A stretch of 64,000 nucleotides of DNA. Source: Octopus bimaculoides (lineage: Eukaryota). The notes under the pieces were generated by a model that searched no databases, was not told the DNA's origin, and was given only the letters and a program-made list of their open reading frames with translations. The DNA lies in contig NC_068982.1 in NCBI RefSeq assembly GCF_001194135.2, positions 125,486,796 through 125,550,795 of the forward strand, written 5' to 3'. Shown here piece after piece: positions 38,795-51,269 of this stretch (positions are counted from its first letter, which is position 1; each line of letters opens with the position of its first letter). Position numbers and translations under genes: made by a program.

Positions 38795-39920
38795 TAATTT
38801 GTGGAAGGTAGGTTTGGTGAGATTGTTCAGATGCTTGAGTGGAGATGTACAATTTTGTGCTGTTTCCAAGAAGTAAGGTGGAGAGGAAGTTCTGCTAAGT
38901 TTCTCACAGGCAAAGAACATAGGTATAAGATTTTCTGGGAAGGTAACACTCATGGGATTGGTGGTGTGGATATACTCCTTGCTGAGAAATGGGTTGATAA
39001 AGGTACTCAAGGTAGTCAGAGTCTGTGATAGAATACTTAACCTTAGACTAGTGCTGCAACATGGATTAGCAACCATTATCTTGGCCTATGCCCCTCAGCC
39101 AGGCCTACCTGATGAACAAAAAGAGCGATTTTATGACACACTCTTTGAGACTACCTTGTTGATGAATGACAGGGACCTTCTCTTCGTGGATGGTGACTTA
39201 AATGGGCATGTTGGACAACATCCAGAGAACTTCCATGGTGTACATGGTGGCAAAGGATTTGGTTCCCGCAATGAGGAGGGAACCAGGATGCTGGAGTTCT
39301 GTGATGTAAATGATCTAATGATCTGTAATACCAACTTCAGGAAACCAGCCAGTCACCTGTTCACCTACCAGTCTGATAGGCACACTAGTCAGATTGACTA
39401 CATTCTCACCAGAGAATAATGAGAAAGATGGCTACTTATAACTGCCAAAACATTCCCAGGTAAAGAATGCACCCCCACAACACAGGTTAGTAGTTAGCAA
39501 CTTCAGGATCAAGACTAAATGGCTGTCCAGAAGATGACCAGTGAGGGAAAAAAAAGGGTCTGGAAGCTTAAGGATCCTCTGAATGGACAGCGCTTTTGAT
39601 GAAAAAGAGGATATAGCATCACATAATGTGGAGGACAATTGAGGGTTCCTACAGGACAACCAGTTGAGGGCTACTGACCAGATCTGTGGCTGATGCAAAG
39701 TCCCCTCTTGACCTAAGGTGACATGGTGGAACAATGTAGTTGAAGGGCCATTAGGGAAAAGAAACTGGCATGGACGGACTGAAGGTGTGGTGGTAGCAGG
39801 GAACTGAATCAGATTGCCAGAAGTGAAGCTAGGAGATACAGGTTTACTTAGCCAGAGAGAAAGCAGATAAGAAAAAATTTGCCAATGTTCTGTGTCATGA
39901 GGACTAGAGACTTCAAGCGT
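38795..39920 (+). mobile_element. RTE-clade LINE endonuclease region, defective, antisense within the innexin intron
   Basis: CCFQEVRW..AYAPQ..GDLNGHVG..GFGSRNEEG..LEFC..NTNF..SQIDYIL are APE-type endonuclease motifs; frameshifted. Confidence 0.92.
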
Positions 39921-40115
39921 TTCTTTAATAATAATGCATATGGAGTTCAAGATAGTGGTTCTAGTGTACAAAACTTAAATCATTCTATATAATTATGTGT
40001 ACATACATGTAGAATGATGTGTGTATACACATGCGTGTGCATTTATAAATACATAATCTTTTGTTTTTATCATTGGACTACACCTATGCTGGAACTTGAG
40101 TTTAGTCAAATTAGT

Positions 40116-40162
<47 letters not shown>

Positions 40163-41689
40163 CGTAGGCATGGTTGTGTGATAAGAAGCTTGCTATTGTG
40201 TGGCACATTAGACAAGTGTCTTCTACTATAGCCTTAAGCCAACCAAAGCCTTGTTAGTGAATTTGGTAGACAGAACCTGAAAGAAGCTAGTTGTGTATGT
40301 GCATGCTTGCCCCCTACCACTGCTTCACAACCTGTGTTGGTGCATTTACATTCCCTGGGGCAGGGTTGATTCGTTCAACAAAGATTCTTCAAAGTGCCCC
40401 AGCATGGCTACAGTGAAATGACTTGAAACAAGACATAGCCTAAGGCTATACTAGAAAACATTTGGAAAAAATGTTGTGTAGTGGGATGAGCCACATGGTT
40501 GGGAAACAAGTTTTTTTATCCACAGCTATTCCTGCACACACACACACACATAAATATATACACACTTCAATATATATATATATATATATACACACTTCAA
40601 TATATATATATATATATATACTACATATGTACACACGTAATTACATATATATGAAAAAGACTAAACGGTTTAAGTGAGGCCTATTATCATTTAAATACAT
40701 TAGCAATGTTATTTCTTAAAATCATTTGAAATCATTATACGAATTTACATATTTTATAAACATTTAAAATCTCAATTGCATTGAGGCTACAAGCCACAAG
40801 AGATCTAAAGGTGTTAAACTTTATTTTACATAATTCCCCCACTCCACTGATGCTTATTTAGAAATAGTTTCACACGAATACTTAATAATTAAAACTGTAT
40901 GTCAATCATTTATTTACTTCATCACATCACCACCACCTGGGAGAAATATTTGTTCTTGTGTCACAGAAAATTTAGTGTATAACAGACCACATGTTTACAT
41001 TGTAATTCCCCCCCCCCATGTTTTATTCTATTGTTTTTTGTTTTTCCAAAAGCAACTGGAGAGATCCCAAAAGCTGCTGATTTAAATGTGTCCAATTGCA
41101 TTTAATGGCAACGTGTCAGCCATTGCTGACTGCAAAAGTCATTGACAAGTTGACAACCAGCTAACAGCAAATAGTAACCTTTTCCCAAAAGGTGGTCTAG
41201 TCTATTCACACACACACCCACACACACACGCACACAAATACACAGCAAACTAATTTTTCAATCCAAGCCAATTTCAAAAACAAAAAAAATTTTTCTTCTA
41301 TTTATCTAGCCTTGAGTTAAAACTAAACCAAGCAACTACAACTACCTTACTACTGTCTCGTAAGCTAGTCACATTACATTTTGAACTCAAATATTACACT
41401 AAAACCAACTAGATATGACTAGCGAAAGACTTCTTTCAATGTTTTTACTGGTGTCTGGATGGAGGAAGGTAGAGAGCTCATGACTTTCGCAAGATTTTAT
41501 AAATTGGTGAGATTCTGGGGATGGGGCAGTGTTGATACTCTGAGTGTTTTAATACAGAAATGGGAAGGAGAGTGAATGCAACAAGGGTGAGACAGAGTAG
41601 AAAGAGGAGTTAGTAAGGGACACTTTAGACAAGGAGGTTATCAGTCCAGCTAGCTGTGAGGAACAGCAGCCACTATCCTATCCCTTCTT

Positions 41690-42032
41690 TTTCTTTTATT
41701 TGTTTTCAGTCCTTTGACCGTGGCCGTGCTGGAGCACCGCCTTTAGTTGACAAATTGACACCAGGACTTATTCTTTGTAAGCCTAGTACTTATTATATTG
41801 GTTCTTTTGTCAAACCGCTAAGTTACGGGGACGTAAACACATCAACATTGGTTGTCAAGCGATGGTGAGGGGACAAACACACACGACAGGCTTCTTTCAG
41901 TTTCTGTCTACCAAATCCACTTGTTCGGCCCAAGGCTATAGTAGAAGATACTTTGCCCAAGGTGCCACACAGTGGGGGTGAACCTGGAACCATGTGGTTG
42001 GTAAGCAAGCTACTTACCACGAACCCACTCCT
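41690..42032 (-). mobile_element. SINE family A copy
   Basis: Reverse complement of the family A head and tail. Confidence 0.8.
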
Positions 42033-42297
42033 GCACCAGGAATAGCAATAAAAACTAGTGAATATCAACTGGGGCTTTGTGAAAGCTATTTTATTAGAGA
42101 ACTTCTCATGAAGTAGATTTAATGAATTTCAACTCCTAAGATATTAAGGAACTCTTTAACCCTTTACCATCTAGCCATATTCATGTATGACTTTATATTT
42201 TTTCAAGCGCAGGAGTAGGTCATCACAGATTCAATACAATTAGATAACACTGCTCGCAGTTTAACTGCAATTATTTTTTTTGATGAATGACATTTAA

Positions 42298-42565
42298 GAG
42301 TGGCTGTGTGGTAAGTAACTTGCTTACCAACCACATGGTTCTGTGTTCAGTTCCACTGTGTGGTACCTTGGGCAAGTGTCTCTTACTATAGCCTCGGGCT
42401 AACCTTGTGAGTAGATTTGGTAGATAGAAGCTAAAAGAGTCCCGTCGTAAATATATGTGTGTGTGTATGTGTTTGCCACCCTACCATCTGGTGTGTTTAC
42501 ATCCCCATAACTTAGCGGTTCAGCCAAAGAGACCAATAGAATAAGTACTAGGTTACAAAGAATAA
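42298..42565 (+). mobile_element. SINE family A copy with a rearranged tail
   Basis: Family A head and body; the tail is interrupted by a templated insertion (see findings). Confidence 0.8.
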
Positions 42566-43189
42566 TTTCATTTGACTGCTCATGACTTTCGCAAGATTTT
42601 ATAAATTGGTGAGATTCTGGGGATGGGGCAGTGTTGATACTCTGAGTGTTTTAATACAGAAATGGGAAGGAGAGTGAATGCAACAAGGGTGAGAGAGTAG
42701 AAAGAGGAGTTAGTAAGGGACACTTTAGACAAGGAGGTTATCAGTCCAGCTAGCTGTGAGGAACAGCAGCCACTATCCTATCCCTTTTTCTTTTATTTGT
42801 TTTCAGTCCTTTGACCGTGGCCTTTAGTCAAGCAAATCAATTTGCTTGACTAAAGTATAAAAGCGCCCATTATTTATGGGATGACCTAATATATGTAGGT
42901 TAACTGACTTTTTTCAGTTTCTATCAATGAAAACAAGGCATTTGTGCCCCTAAGCCTACTCTGTTGAATGGTTGGTGTTAGGAAGGGCATCCAGCCATAA
43001 AAACTGTACTAAAAGACACAGAAGCATGGTTCAGGCTCCTGCCTGCGAGGTCCTGTCAAACCGTTCAACCCATGCCAGCATGGAAGGAGAACGTCAAATG
43101 AGGATGATGAAGGCTATAGCAGAAGACAGTTGCCCATGGAACTGAGCAGTGAGGCTGAACCCAAGACCACATGGTTGGGAAGCAAGCTT

Positions 43190-43466
43190 CATCGTTGCCA
43201 GTGCCCCTGGACTGGCTTGTGCGGATGGCACATAAAAGACACCATTTTGAGCGTGGCCGTTTTCGTGTGGGTGACACGTAAAAGCACCCACTACACTCTC
43301 TGAGTGGTTGGCGTTAGGAAGGGCATCCAGCTGTAGAAACTCTGCCAAATTAGATTGGAGCCTGGTGTTGCCATCCGGTTTCACCAGTCCTCAGTCAAAT
43401 CGTCCAACCCATGCTAGCATGGAAAGCGGACGTTAAACGATGATGATGATGATGATGATGATGATG
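43190..43466 (+). mobile_element. RTE-tail SINE (family E) with (GAT)n tail
   Basis: Near-identical in reverse to 46555-46925. Confidence 0.8.
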
Positions 43467-45634
43467 ACACACACACACGTACATACATGCAAAAGATACA
43501 CAAATATTCATGTCATTTAACTATGCCCATTTAGATTCTTTTTACACAAAATTGGGTTGACTTATCTTTTAAACGGTGTCTATGATGCACAGCTTCCATA
43601 TTTTGCCTTACTTTTTGATCTGCTATTGTTTCATTACAAAAAGATAAATTTATCAATTTTACATGAATAAATGTTATGAGCAAAGTTTCACCAGATAAAA
43701 CTTAAGAAGTCAATGTTCCCTCTGATATAAGGCTGAAAGAGTGCAAAGAAGTTTTTGTTTTCAAATGATTCCAATGTACAAAGTTGTTTCAGTTATCTTT
43801 GTGACACAATGTAGACTAGTGATTCTTACCCTGGGATGGGGGAAGAACTCACAAAGGGGGAGCAACAGTCAGGAGAGGAATGGTCTGAGTGTTTTTTTTT
43901 TCCCCCTATTCCTCTGAACAGCCAAGCTAAGATTTAACTAGATTATAAAGAAAAAAAAAATCTTTGGAAGTCCATTTTGTATAATATTTACTTTAGGATT
44001 CAAGCAGCTCTTTTTAGATGTTACCCGATAATTTCATGTCAGTGGCCAATGCTTGGAAAGAACCGGTAATAAAAGATTTGCTAGGAAAGAAGTTCATTGG
44101 ATAACAAAAAATTCGAAGAGAAAAATATGGCTATAATAAACATTTATAAAAGGATTACTAAGTTCTAGAATGTAAACATAAGCCCATTATTTAAAGTTAA
44201 CTGCAAAGCAGTAATATATGTGCTCGGTTCCTATTCTTCTCATGTTTTTGTCTTACACATCAAAATGAAAATATAAAGTCAACAACAAAGCTACAAAACA
44301 GCTTGTTATGTCTTAATTTTCTACACTTTTGTTCTATTTCTGCTGAAATACACTGCCTTTGTTTTAGTTTTAAGAATAATGAATAATTTACTAAGATAAC
44401 TCGGTCTGAAGGTGGTGTTTGGAACATAAATTAACATCAGAATTTTGATAGGTTTTAATTTAGATCACTTTTATGGAACATTGCATCATAGAACCCAAGA
44501 GCAGTCTCATAGCACCTGTTGCTATGAAGGAATCGCTACATAATGATGTGAAAATCAGTAACTGACATGTATGAGACAGCATGCAGTAATGAGATGAACC
44601 ATTTTTTGTTAGGCTGAAAGGAGACTGTTTTGCAACTAAGGTGTCAATATAATAGCAACCATGTTACCCACTTTTCTTAATTGGTGAAGTCGATGTTTTT
44701 TTTTCACTTCTTCCTTTTACAGAATTCATATTATTCCTATTAAACTATATTGTAACAGAACGAGATCTTGTTACTCTGTTGCTCCATTTATATAGGAAGG
44801 AGAAATCATTTCCTTCTTAATAAGTATATCTTAACTTGTAAAACTTTCAGGTTTTGCTAGTAAAGGATACTTTTTTAAAGATATTGTCTAAATATTGGTT
44901 TAAAATTTTGGCACAAAGCCAGCAATTTCAGAGAAGGATTGATTACAACAACCCCAGTGTTGAACTGGAACTTATTTTATCAACCACAAATGGATGAAAG
45001 GTAAAGTTGGATGAAATGCCATGAAGTAGTTTGCCCAGCAAACTACCAAACATTTCTGCCAGCTCTCATCATAAGATCTTGAACAGATATAAAGCATTGG
45101 ATCTATTTCAAACTTTTTGCTCTTCTTTTCAATACTAATTTTGTTTTCCTACAAAAAATAAAGAACAAAGATTCTTTGTAGTCAAGATCACATTAAAATC
45201 TGAACCAAATGATTTAAGTATTTACATAAATTTTAAGTTTGTTTCACATGGGAAGATATAAACCTATAAACACTCACTTTTGTCTATAATTTACTTTTTG
45301 AAAGCAATTGAAAAATACTTTCCCCAATATTTTTCACCCTTATTATATCCAACTTAACATGGAGGTCTTGTTGGAACACCGAGTATCATCACGCTCTTTT
45401 AACATGTTTTCCATGCTGGACATGGGTCGGACAGTTTGACTGGAGCTAGCAAGCTGGAGAGCTGCACCAATGTCTTGGTTTCTACACCTGGATGTCCTTC
45501 CTAACACTAACCACTTTGCAGTGTGTGCTTTTAATGTGTCACTGCACAAACACTTTTAAGTAAAACTACAAGCACTTTTGTGTGGCACTGGCCCAAGTGC
45601 TTTTTATGTGACACCAGCACAAGACTTGCAATCG

Positions 45635-46054
45635 ACCTTGTTACTGCAGATCCTCACATATAGGTGCTTGGTGCATAAAAGCACAGACACACAGATCATA
45701 GCAGATGAGAATTGTCTGTGATGAGCAGCCGAATTCCCATATGTGATTTTATTCTACTAAAAAGCATCAGTGAAAAGCATCCGGTCACGACATGCCTATC
45801 AAATCTCACTGCTACAATATATAGAATATCAGCATCTTTTAAGACACTAATGTCGCAAATAGCCAGCAGATTTATAACAAAATTCATTATTAATTATGGA
45901 AGCAGTATTCACCAGATGTTTCCCAGTGGTGATTTCCAGGAGAAGGAAATTGTAATATAGGAATTTTGGCACACATGACAGGCAATTCTCATCTGTTATA
46001 ATTTGTGTGTGCTTTTAGGCACCAAGTGCCAATATGAAAGGACCTAACAAAGGT
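45635..46054. repeat. Foldback element with ~80-bp imperfect inverted arms
   Basis: 45661-45723 (ggtgcttggtgcataaaagcacagacac..cagatgagaattgtctgtgatg) pairs with 45972-46036. Confidence 0.7.
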
Positions 46055-46433
46055 AATAACACAGTATTCAGTATTCTAACAACACATCCATGTTAAGTTG
46101 GATATAATGGTTACTATATGGCATTGATACTGCTTATGTTGCTAATATTTCATTTTTCACTGTTTTCAAAGGCACAAAAGTGACCATGTTGTTTAGAAGA
46201 TTGCTACCCAACCAAGAGGTTTTGAATGCCAACCCACTGTGCAGCAGCTTGACAAGTGCCTTCTGCTGAAGCCAGAGGCCACTCACACTTGTGACCGAAT
46301 TTGGCAGATGAAAACTATAGGAAAGCTATGTGTGCATATTGTTCAAAATCCATGTTCATAAGCTTTTATATTGTCTTCCTAAATACCAAATATTAAGCAA
46401 TCATTTTATTGATTAAAAACAGAAAGACAAGAG

Positions 46434-46497
<64 letters not shown>

Positions 46498-46554
46498 TTT
46501 CCAGCATGGACAACAAATGTTAAATGATGATAACAATATATCAATATATATATA

Positions 46555-46925
46555 TATCATCGTTTAACGTCCGCTTTCCATGCTAGCATTGGTAGGAAGA
46601 TTTGACTGAGGACTGGTGAAACCAGATGGCTACACCAGGTTCCAATCTGATTTGGCAGAGTTTCTACAGCTGGATGCCCTTCTTAACGCCAACCACCTAG
46701 AGTGTAGTGGGTGCTTTTACATGCCACTGGCAAGAAGGCCAATCAGGCAGTACTGGCAACGGCCATACTCAAAATGGTGTATTTTATGTGCCACCCACAC
46801 AAGAGCCAGTCCAGGGGCACTGGCAACGATCTCGCTCGAAAATCCTTACACATGTCACGAGCACAAGTGCCAGAAAGGCGATGCTGGGCACAGGTGCCAT
46901 CCTGATTTCGCTTTCGCTTGCCCCA
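46555..46925 (-). mobile_element. RTE-tail SINE (family E)
   Basis: Begins catcatcgtttaacgtccgctttccatgctagc, the reverse complement of the family E tail. Confidence 0.8.
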
Positions 46926-47756
46926 ATAAGTCTTCACAAGCTAAGTTTATCTCACATATTAGTTTCGATCAGAAAAATTTAAATGAAACTAAGGTATAAA
47001 AGCAAACTACATTGGTAGCAGTCAAATTTTTCATTCAAGAGTCTTTTATAACCCAATATTTACATGTTTATATTATATATATAGCTTCATCTATTTAAGT
47101 TCCCCCGTTCAAAATTTGTGTGTATGCACATGCACTGTAAAGCACACAAAACATTTAGTTCAGTAGTGACCCTCACTCAATTAATATGATCTTTTTCTTT
47201 AAATTTATTTAACCTAAACATGGTATTATTTCTAGTGGGAAGTAAAAAGGGGAAGAGATCAGGACTTTCTTCAAAATAATATTCAACTAGAGCATTACAT
47301 CACAGCCTTGATAGCGATAGTTTTACTGAATGTTGCTGATTGTAAGAAGGATTTTTAAACATTATTGCATAAGTGGTTTTGCTAATGTGGTAGGGATACT
47401 TGTACATATAACTAAACCAAAAAGTCAAAATGTTAGCCAATATCTAGAGCTGCTACATGCAGTAATGATACATAAATGGCAGGCAGTGGAGCAAGACATG
47501 CAGTGAAGCATTTGACAATATTGTTTTCACCTAATAGACAGCTCAGATTTAAAGTTAGTAGAGTTTAAATGAAAAGGTGCCGATCTTGAATACCAGTTCA
47601 GTAACTATTTAGGTCATAAAACTAGGTAAAAAAAAAAATTATGCCTGTTGAAACATACACGCACCAAGGAGAGCAGTTAATGGGATAGCTTTACAAATCA
47701 AAAATCAGCAATCAATTACTACGGTTAAGTATTATACATCAAACCTAAAAATTTGA

Positions 47757-47975
47757 CCCTTTAGGATCTAAACAGGCTATATCCAACCAAAATATTGTAC
47801 CTGCTTCATGTTCAAACTGGCTAGATCCAGCCTTTCACATCCACCCTACAATGTCAATCTAGAAATATAAACAATCACATCATCAATTGATATCTCAAAG
47901 CAACAAGATAATTCATGATTAATTCAAAGCAATATGAATAAATATATTTCACGGAGAAACTTCAATGCTAAAGGG
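47757..47975. mobile_element. piggyBac-like MITE
   Basis: TTGA|CCCTTTAG ... AATGCTAAAGGG|TTAA: TTAA-type target site and CCC..GGG TIRs. Confidence 0.65.
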
Positions 47976-48066
47976 TTAAATACCACAGCATTTAATACAT
48001 TTGATACCAACCCACATAAGATCACTTGTGGTTCTGATGCAAATTACCTGTTTTAAAGTGATTTAA

Positions 48067-48277
48067 CCTTTTAGCATTCAGATTACTCAATCAAATGCAA
48101 TGCTTATTTATTCATATTGTCTTGAATTAATCATGCAGCATCTTGTAGCTTTGAGATTTCAGCATAATTATCTATTTTTAGAATGGCATTGTAAGGTATG
48201 TATAAAAGGCCAGATTTGGCTATTTTTAACATGAAAGTGGGATATTTTGACCAGATATGGCCAATTTAAATGCTAAA
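48067..48277. mobile_element. Second copy of the same piggyBac-like MITE, inverted
   Basis: TTAA|CCTTTTAGCATT ... AAATGCTAAA|TTAA. The interior is the reverse complement of 47757-47975. Confidence 0.65.
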
Positions 48278-48531
48278 TTAAAACTTTCCATCAAAATGTC
48301 ATGTTAACTTATGCAAACACCAGCTTGAGTTATTTTAAATTCTTCATTGTATTAATAATTGACTAACACAAGGCAAGTGCATTTCAACATAAATATAGTA
48401 ATAAATACGTTAAATCCTGAGCTTATTCTATCATAGTCATGCTTCTATGACCTAAGGTTACTAGCACCACTTGATTCTGTAGACAAAACCTGTAAGGAAA
48501 CTAGTTAATCCTGGATACCTAAACCATTTTT

Positions 48532-49089
48532 GGATCTTTTTTAAAACGGGGGCCACATTTTTCATTAACAAAACACTTTGAAACTTGGAACACTGGTAGA
48601 ATGTGTCATAAAACATCTTTTTCTCTTAGTCTTCTTAAAAAAAAAAGAAATCCATAAATTATTCCATGTTAAAGTTGTCGAATTTCTGTAATTTCAACCA
48701 ATCACTGACGTCCATTCAGTCGATATACATTAAGTGCCGACTACATAAACAAACGATTCTGAAACAATTAACCCTAACCCTAGGGTTAGGGTTAGAGTTA
48801 AAGCAAATTTAAAATGAAAAAAGCAAATAAAACGAAGGTATGGAGATTAAATACGCTTTACATCGCTTAATGAGCCAAAGGAGTAAATGTAAACAACTGA
48901 ATACTTGTCAGTGATTGGTTGAAATTATCGAAATAAGAATTTTTTACATGAAATAAATTCGAATACAAAAATATTTTTCTGTTCTATAACACAAACTAGA
49001 TAAGTATACGAAGTTTGAAAGTCTTTCGGTACCAAAAACACTACGTAAAACATTAATGAAAAATGTGGCCCCTGTTTTAAAAAAGATCC
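48532..49089. mobile_element. MITE with ~38-bp TIRs and an 8-bp TSD (Merlin-like)
   Basis: TIR GGATCTTTTTTAAAACGGGGGCCACATTTTTCATTAA with its near-perfect inverse at the right end. Flanks CCATTTTT / CCATTTTC (7/8 match). Subterminal inverted repeat at 48691-48720 / 48894-48926. Confidence 0.8.
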
Positions 49090-49423
49090 CCATTTTCCCC
49101 TCCAGTTAAATATAAACTTGAGCGGCAGAGACATAGCTTTCATAGACAACAAAATGCTCTCAATAGGATAAGGAATATTGACCACCACATGAAGGCTAAT
49201 AACTTGAACTGAAAATGCAATTATGCTGAAAGCTTCATTAGAGTTAATTTTACTACAGCATCTTCATTTTTATTAAAAATTCACAGGATCTCTCAAATGG
49301 TTACAAAGAAGATAAAGAGAACGAGTTGAAGAGCAACATTATTAAGCAAAATAACTAAATGTAAGAGAAAAATTTAATCCAAAGCCAAAACAGTTCAAAC
49401 TAGAAGCATGCAGAGAGAAGTGT

Positions 49424-49480
<57 letters not shown>

Positions 49481-49664
49481 TGTAGAAAGACATGTATATA
49501 GAGAAAGAGAGAAGGGGGGAGAGAGAGAGAAAGAGCAAAAAGGAAGTAGGGAGAGAGAGCAAAAAGGAAGTAGGGAGAGAGAGCAAAAAGGAAGGAGGAG
49601 CCAGGACAGAATAAGCTATATTGACTAAACATTCTACATGGGAGAAAAGTTGAGTTTCACTTAC

Positions 49665-49720
49665 CCCATTGTTTTATTTAAAAGGGCTGGTTAGGATTGA
49701 GTATACAGATATTTTCCTAA
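49665..49720 (-). CDS. Candidate alternative start exon of the innexin (coding part 49669-49665, ATG GG)
   Basis: Acceptor ttatttttctaacag| at 49722-49721, then ...AAAACAATGGG|GTAAGT. Good Kozak context (A at -3, G at +4) and a perfect donor, phase 2. Gives MGVWGVFG..., 389 aa in total. Confidence 0.5.
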
Positions 49721-50912
49721 CTGTTAGAAAAATAACTAATTAATTAAAATTCAAGATAAAATAAAGACTAATAACTTATTAATGAAACATTTCAAGTCTT
49801 ATTTCTTACATCTATTATAGAGTACAAAAAGTAAAAATTTACATTATAAATATAACACCAGCTGAAATAAAAGCAATAAGCCTATCTGCTGGAGGAGTGT
49901 TGACTGGTGTTATAAACGAAGCATTTTGCAATGACATTATTTTAATATCCATCAACCTCTGTGACTTATTTTACACACTTAAGCTTTTTGAATTTCTGAT
50001 TGTGTAAAGTTCAATAACCAACTGCTGTCTCAACACCAGAAACCAAGACTAATGATTGAGTCTAAGAAACAGAATATTTGTTTAGTCAGAGCATCTGATA
50101 GAATATGCTTTGCAGCATTTCTTCTGGCTCTCTGCACATTGAGTTCAAGTCCCAAGATCAACTTTACTTCTTATCAGATTACCAGATTACCAGTCAAGTG
50201 ATGGGATTAATTCTCTCTCTGGAAGAAGTCAATTATGACCTAGAGAAAGATGGGCACAGCCCTATTGTAATAAGCCAAGCATCTTCCTAAAATTTATCTT
50301 TAATGTATTTCAAAGCATACCACGTGAACCTCTTTGTCAAATCCCTTTTAGATAAGCTTTCAGAATTATTGAGCCTCCAGTGATTTTCCTTGGTTGCTTT
50401 GGTAATTCAGGACTTGTTTTCCGGCAACTAACACTAAATTTTCCTACACAAATGAATCAGGCATTCCTGTATGGAAAAGAAATACCAAGATTGGACTACA
50501 AATAGTGAATTACATTACTTTTCACGACTGACTCCCATCAATTTTTTTTTCCATTTGTTTAACTAACTCAACTAAGAGCATACCTACATATTTTTTATTC
50601 ACAAATAAAATTTCTATTTTGGGCCTAGACCACAATTTTTGAAAATGCGCTACTTTACGAAATTCATCTGAGAACTCCAGTTCAGAGCAACTATATTCCT
50701 TTACTGTGGTTACAGTGTAGGACTTATGATCGTAAGATTGTGGTTTCGATTCCCAGTCTGGGCAATGCATTGTGTCCTGTCCAGTGAGGAATATATATGC
50801 TAGAGAAACCAGCCCAATGCTCCTTAAAGAGTAATGTGGACTAACTAATATTCCTTTATTACCACTTACTCCTAAGCTATTATCTATTACCAGCTTCTAC
50901 AACAGATTTAGT

Positions 50913-51269
50913 GGAGGCACAATGGCCCAGTGGTTAGGGCAGCAGACTCGCGGTTTCGATTCCCAGACTGGGCATTGTGTTTATTGAGCGAAAACACCTA
51001 AAAGCTCCACGAGGTTCCGGCAGGGGATGATGGCAAACCCTGCTGTACTCTTCCACCACAACTTTCTCTCACTCTTACTTCCTGTTGTGCCTGTAATTCA
51101 AAGAGTCAGCCTTTTCACACTGTGTCATGCTGAATATCCCCGAGAACTATGGTACACGTGCCTGTGGAGTGCTCAGCCACTTGCACGTTAATTTCACCAG
51201 CAGGCTGTTCCATTGATCGGATCAACTGGAACCCACGACGTTGTAAGCGACGGAGTGCCAAGAACAACA
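50913..51269 (+). mobile_element. SINE family B copy
   Basis: Same sequence as 22359-22744 and 25806-26170. Confidence 0.85.

Noticed and set aside
48769-48794. Telomere-fusion relic
   Set aside because: The orientation is CCCTAA then TTAGGG, opposite to an end-to-end fusion; there are only two units per side and it lies inside a MITE.
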